Assembly (NCBI RefSeq): GCF_964213995.1 | Contig: NC_135811.1 | Span: 16,306,001-16,370,000, forward strand | Source: Mustelus asterias | Lineage: Eukaryota | Length of the DNA: 64,000 nt | Reading direction: 5' to 3' | Part shown: positions 63,431 through 64,000 of the stretch, in pieces | How the letters are laid out: each line of letters opens with the position of its first letter | How positions within the stretch are numbered: the first letter of the stretch is position 1 | Position numbers and translations under genes: made by a program | Notes under the pieces: model-generated | Database searches by the model: none | Told to the model about the DNA's origin: nothing | The model's input: only the letters and a program-made list of their open reading frames with translations

Positions 63431-64000
63431 GTGGACAAGAACATGGTGAATGAAGTATAATGTGAAGTTATCCATTTTGGTAGGAAAAATAGAAGAGCAG
63501 AATATTTTAAAATGTAGAGTTACTTGAAAATGTTCAGATGGATCTAGATGTCCTTAAATCTCAAAGTTAACGCAGATGCACCAAGTAATTAGGAAAGCAA
63601 ATGTGTTAGTCTTTATTAAAAAGACATTGGAGTAAAAGTAAGGTAGTCTTGCAGCAATTGTAGAGGGCTTGAGTGAGACGACACCTGGAGTATTGTGTAC
63701 AGTTTTGGTCTCCTTATCCAAGGAAGGATTTGCTGATTTTGGAGGAGTGCAGCGAAGGTTCACTATACTGATTCCTGGGATGAAAGGGTAGTCCTATCAA
63801 GAGAGATTGAGTAAAATGAGATGCAATATAATTAAAACATATAAAATTCCTTAAGGGTTCAATTGGCTAGAAGCTGGGAGGATGTTTCCCCTGAGTAGGA
63901 GCTGGGAGGATGTTTCCTCGAGTAGGGAGTCAACAACTAAGGGTTACAGCCTTAGAATAAGGGTTGAGCTGTTTAGGACCGAGATGAAAAATTTCTTCAT
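63430..64000 (+). mobile_element. Decayed CR1 RT/3' region running off the window
   Basis: HLEYCVQFWSPY...GVQRRFT... motifs. Earlier pieces at about 61700-61775 and 62130-62175. Confidence 0.8.

Noticed and set aside
63868-63928. About 28-bp tandem duplication in the CR1 relic
   Set aside because: An ordinary slippage duplication inside a dead repeat.
37451-64000. MXI1 exon 4 (expected RAHLRLCLE...)
   Set aside because: No matching exon was found by eye; it probably lies beyond the window.
1-64000. CRISPR arrays, operons or other prokaryotic systems
   Set aside because: The sequence is vertebrate intronic and intergenic DNA, and no regularly spaced repeat-spacer array was seen.

Overview
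Eukaryotic, repeat-rich vertebrate DNA. The HE1-type SINEs, HER1-like CR1 LINEs and Deu-domain SINEs point to a cartilaginous fish (shark); the species is not determinable here. The only host gene I can support is the 5' part of an MXI1/MXD (Mad-family, MYC-antagonist bHLH-Zip) gene on the + strand. It has two alternative SID-encoding first coding exons (22549-22783 and 32432-32504), exon 2 (32829-32916) and the 30-nt exon 3 (37421-37450); exon 4 was not found, so intron 3 probably runs past the window end. Most other sequence is transposon-derived: CR1 LINEs, a second CR1/L2-group LINE with a partner SINE, Rex1/Babar, RTE, MITEs and Penelope-like fragments carrying minimal hammerhead ribozymes. 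A decayed retrovirus-like provirus lies antisense in intron 3 (about 50145-55283: gag-CCHC, protease, RT, tether, RNase H, integrase, env-like TM remnant, PPT and 3' LTR). The best leads are (1) this provirus, which does not look like a typical class I ERV and may be loki-like, (2) a TSD-flanked hammerhead-bearing Penelope mini-element in sense orientation in the intron, (3) a SINE carrying about 63 bp that matches the flank of another SINE 47 kb away, (4) SINE tail swapping, possibly onto a Rex1/Babar partner, and (5) the mosaic MXI1/MXD1 character of the gene. Repeat boundaries were read by eye and are approximate.
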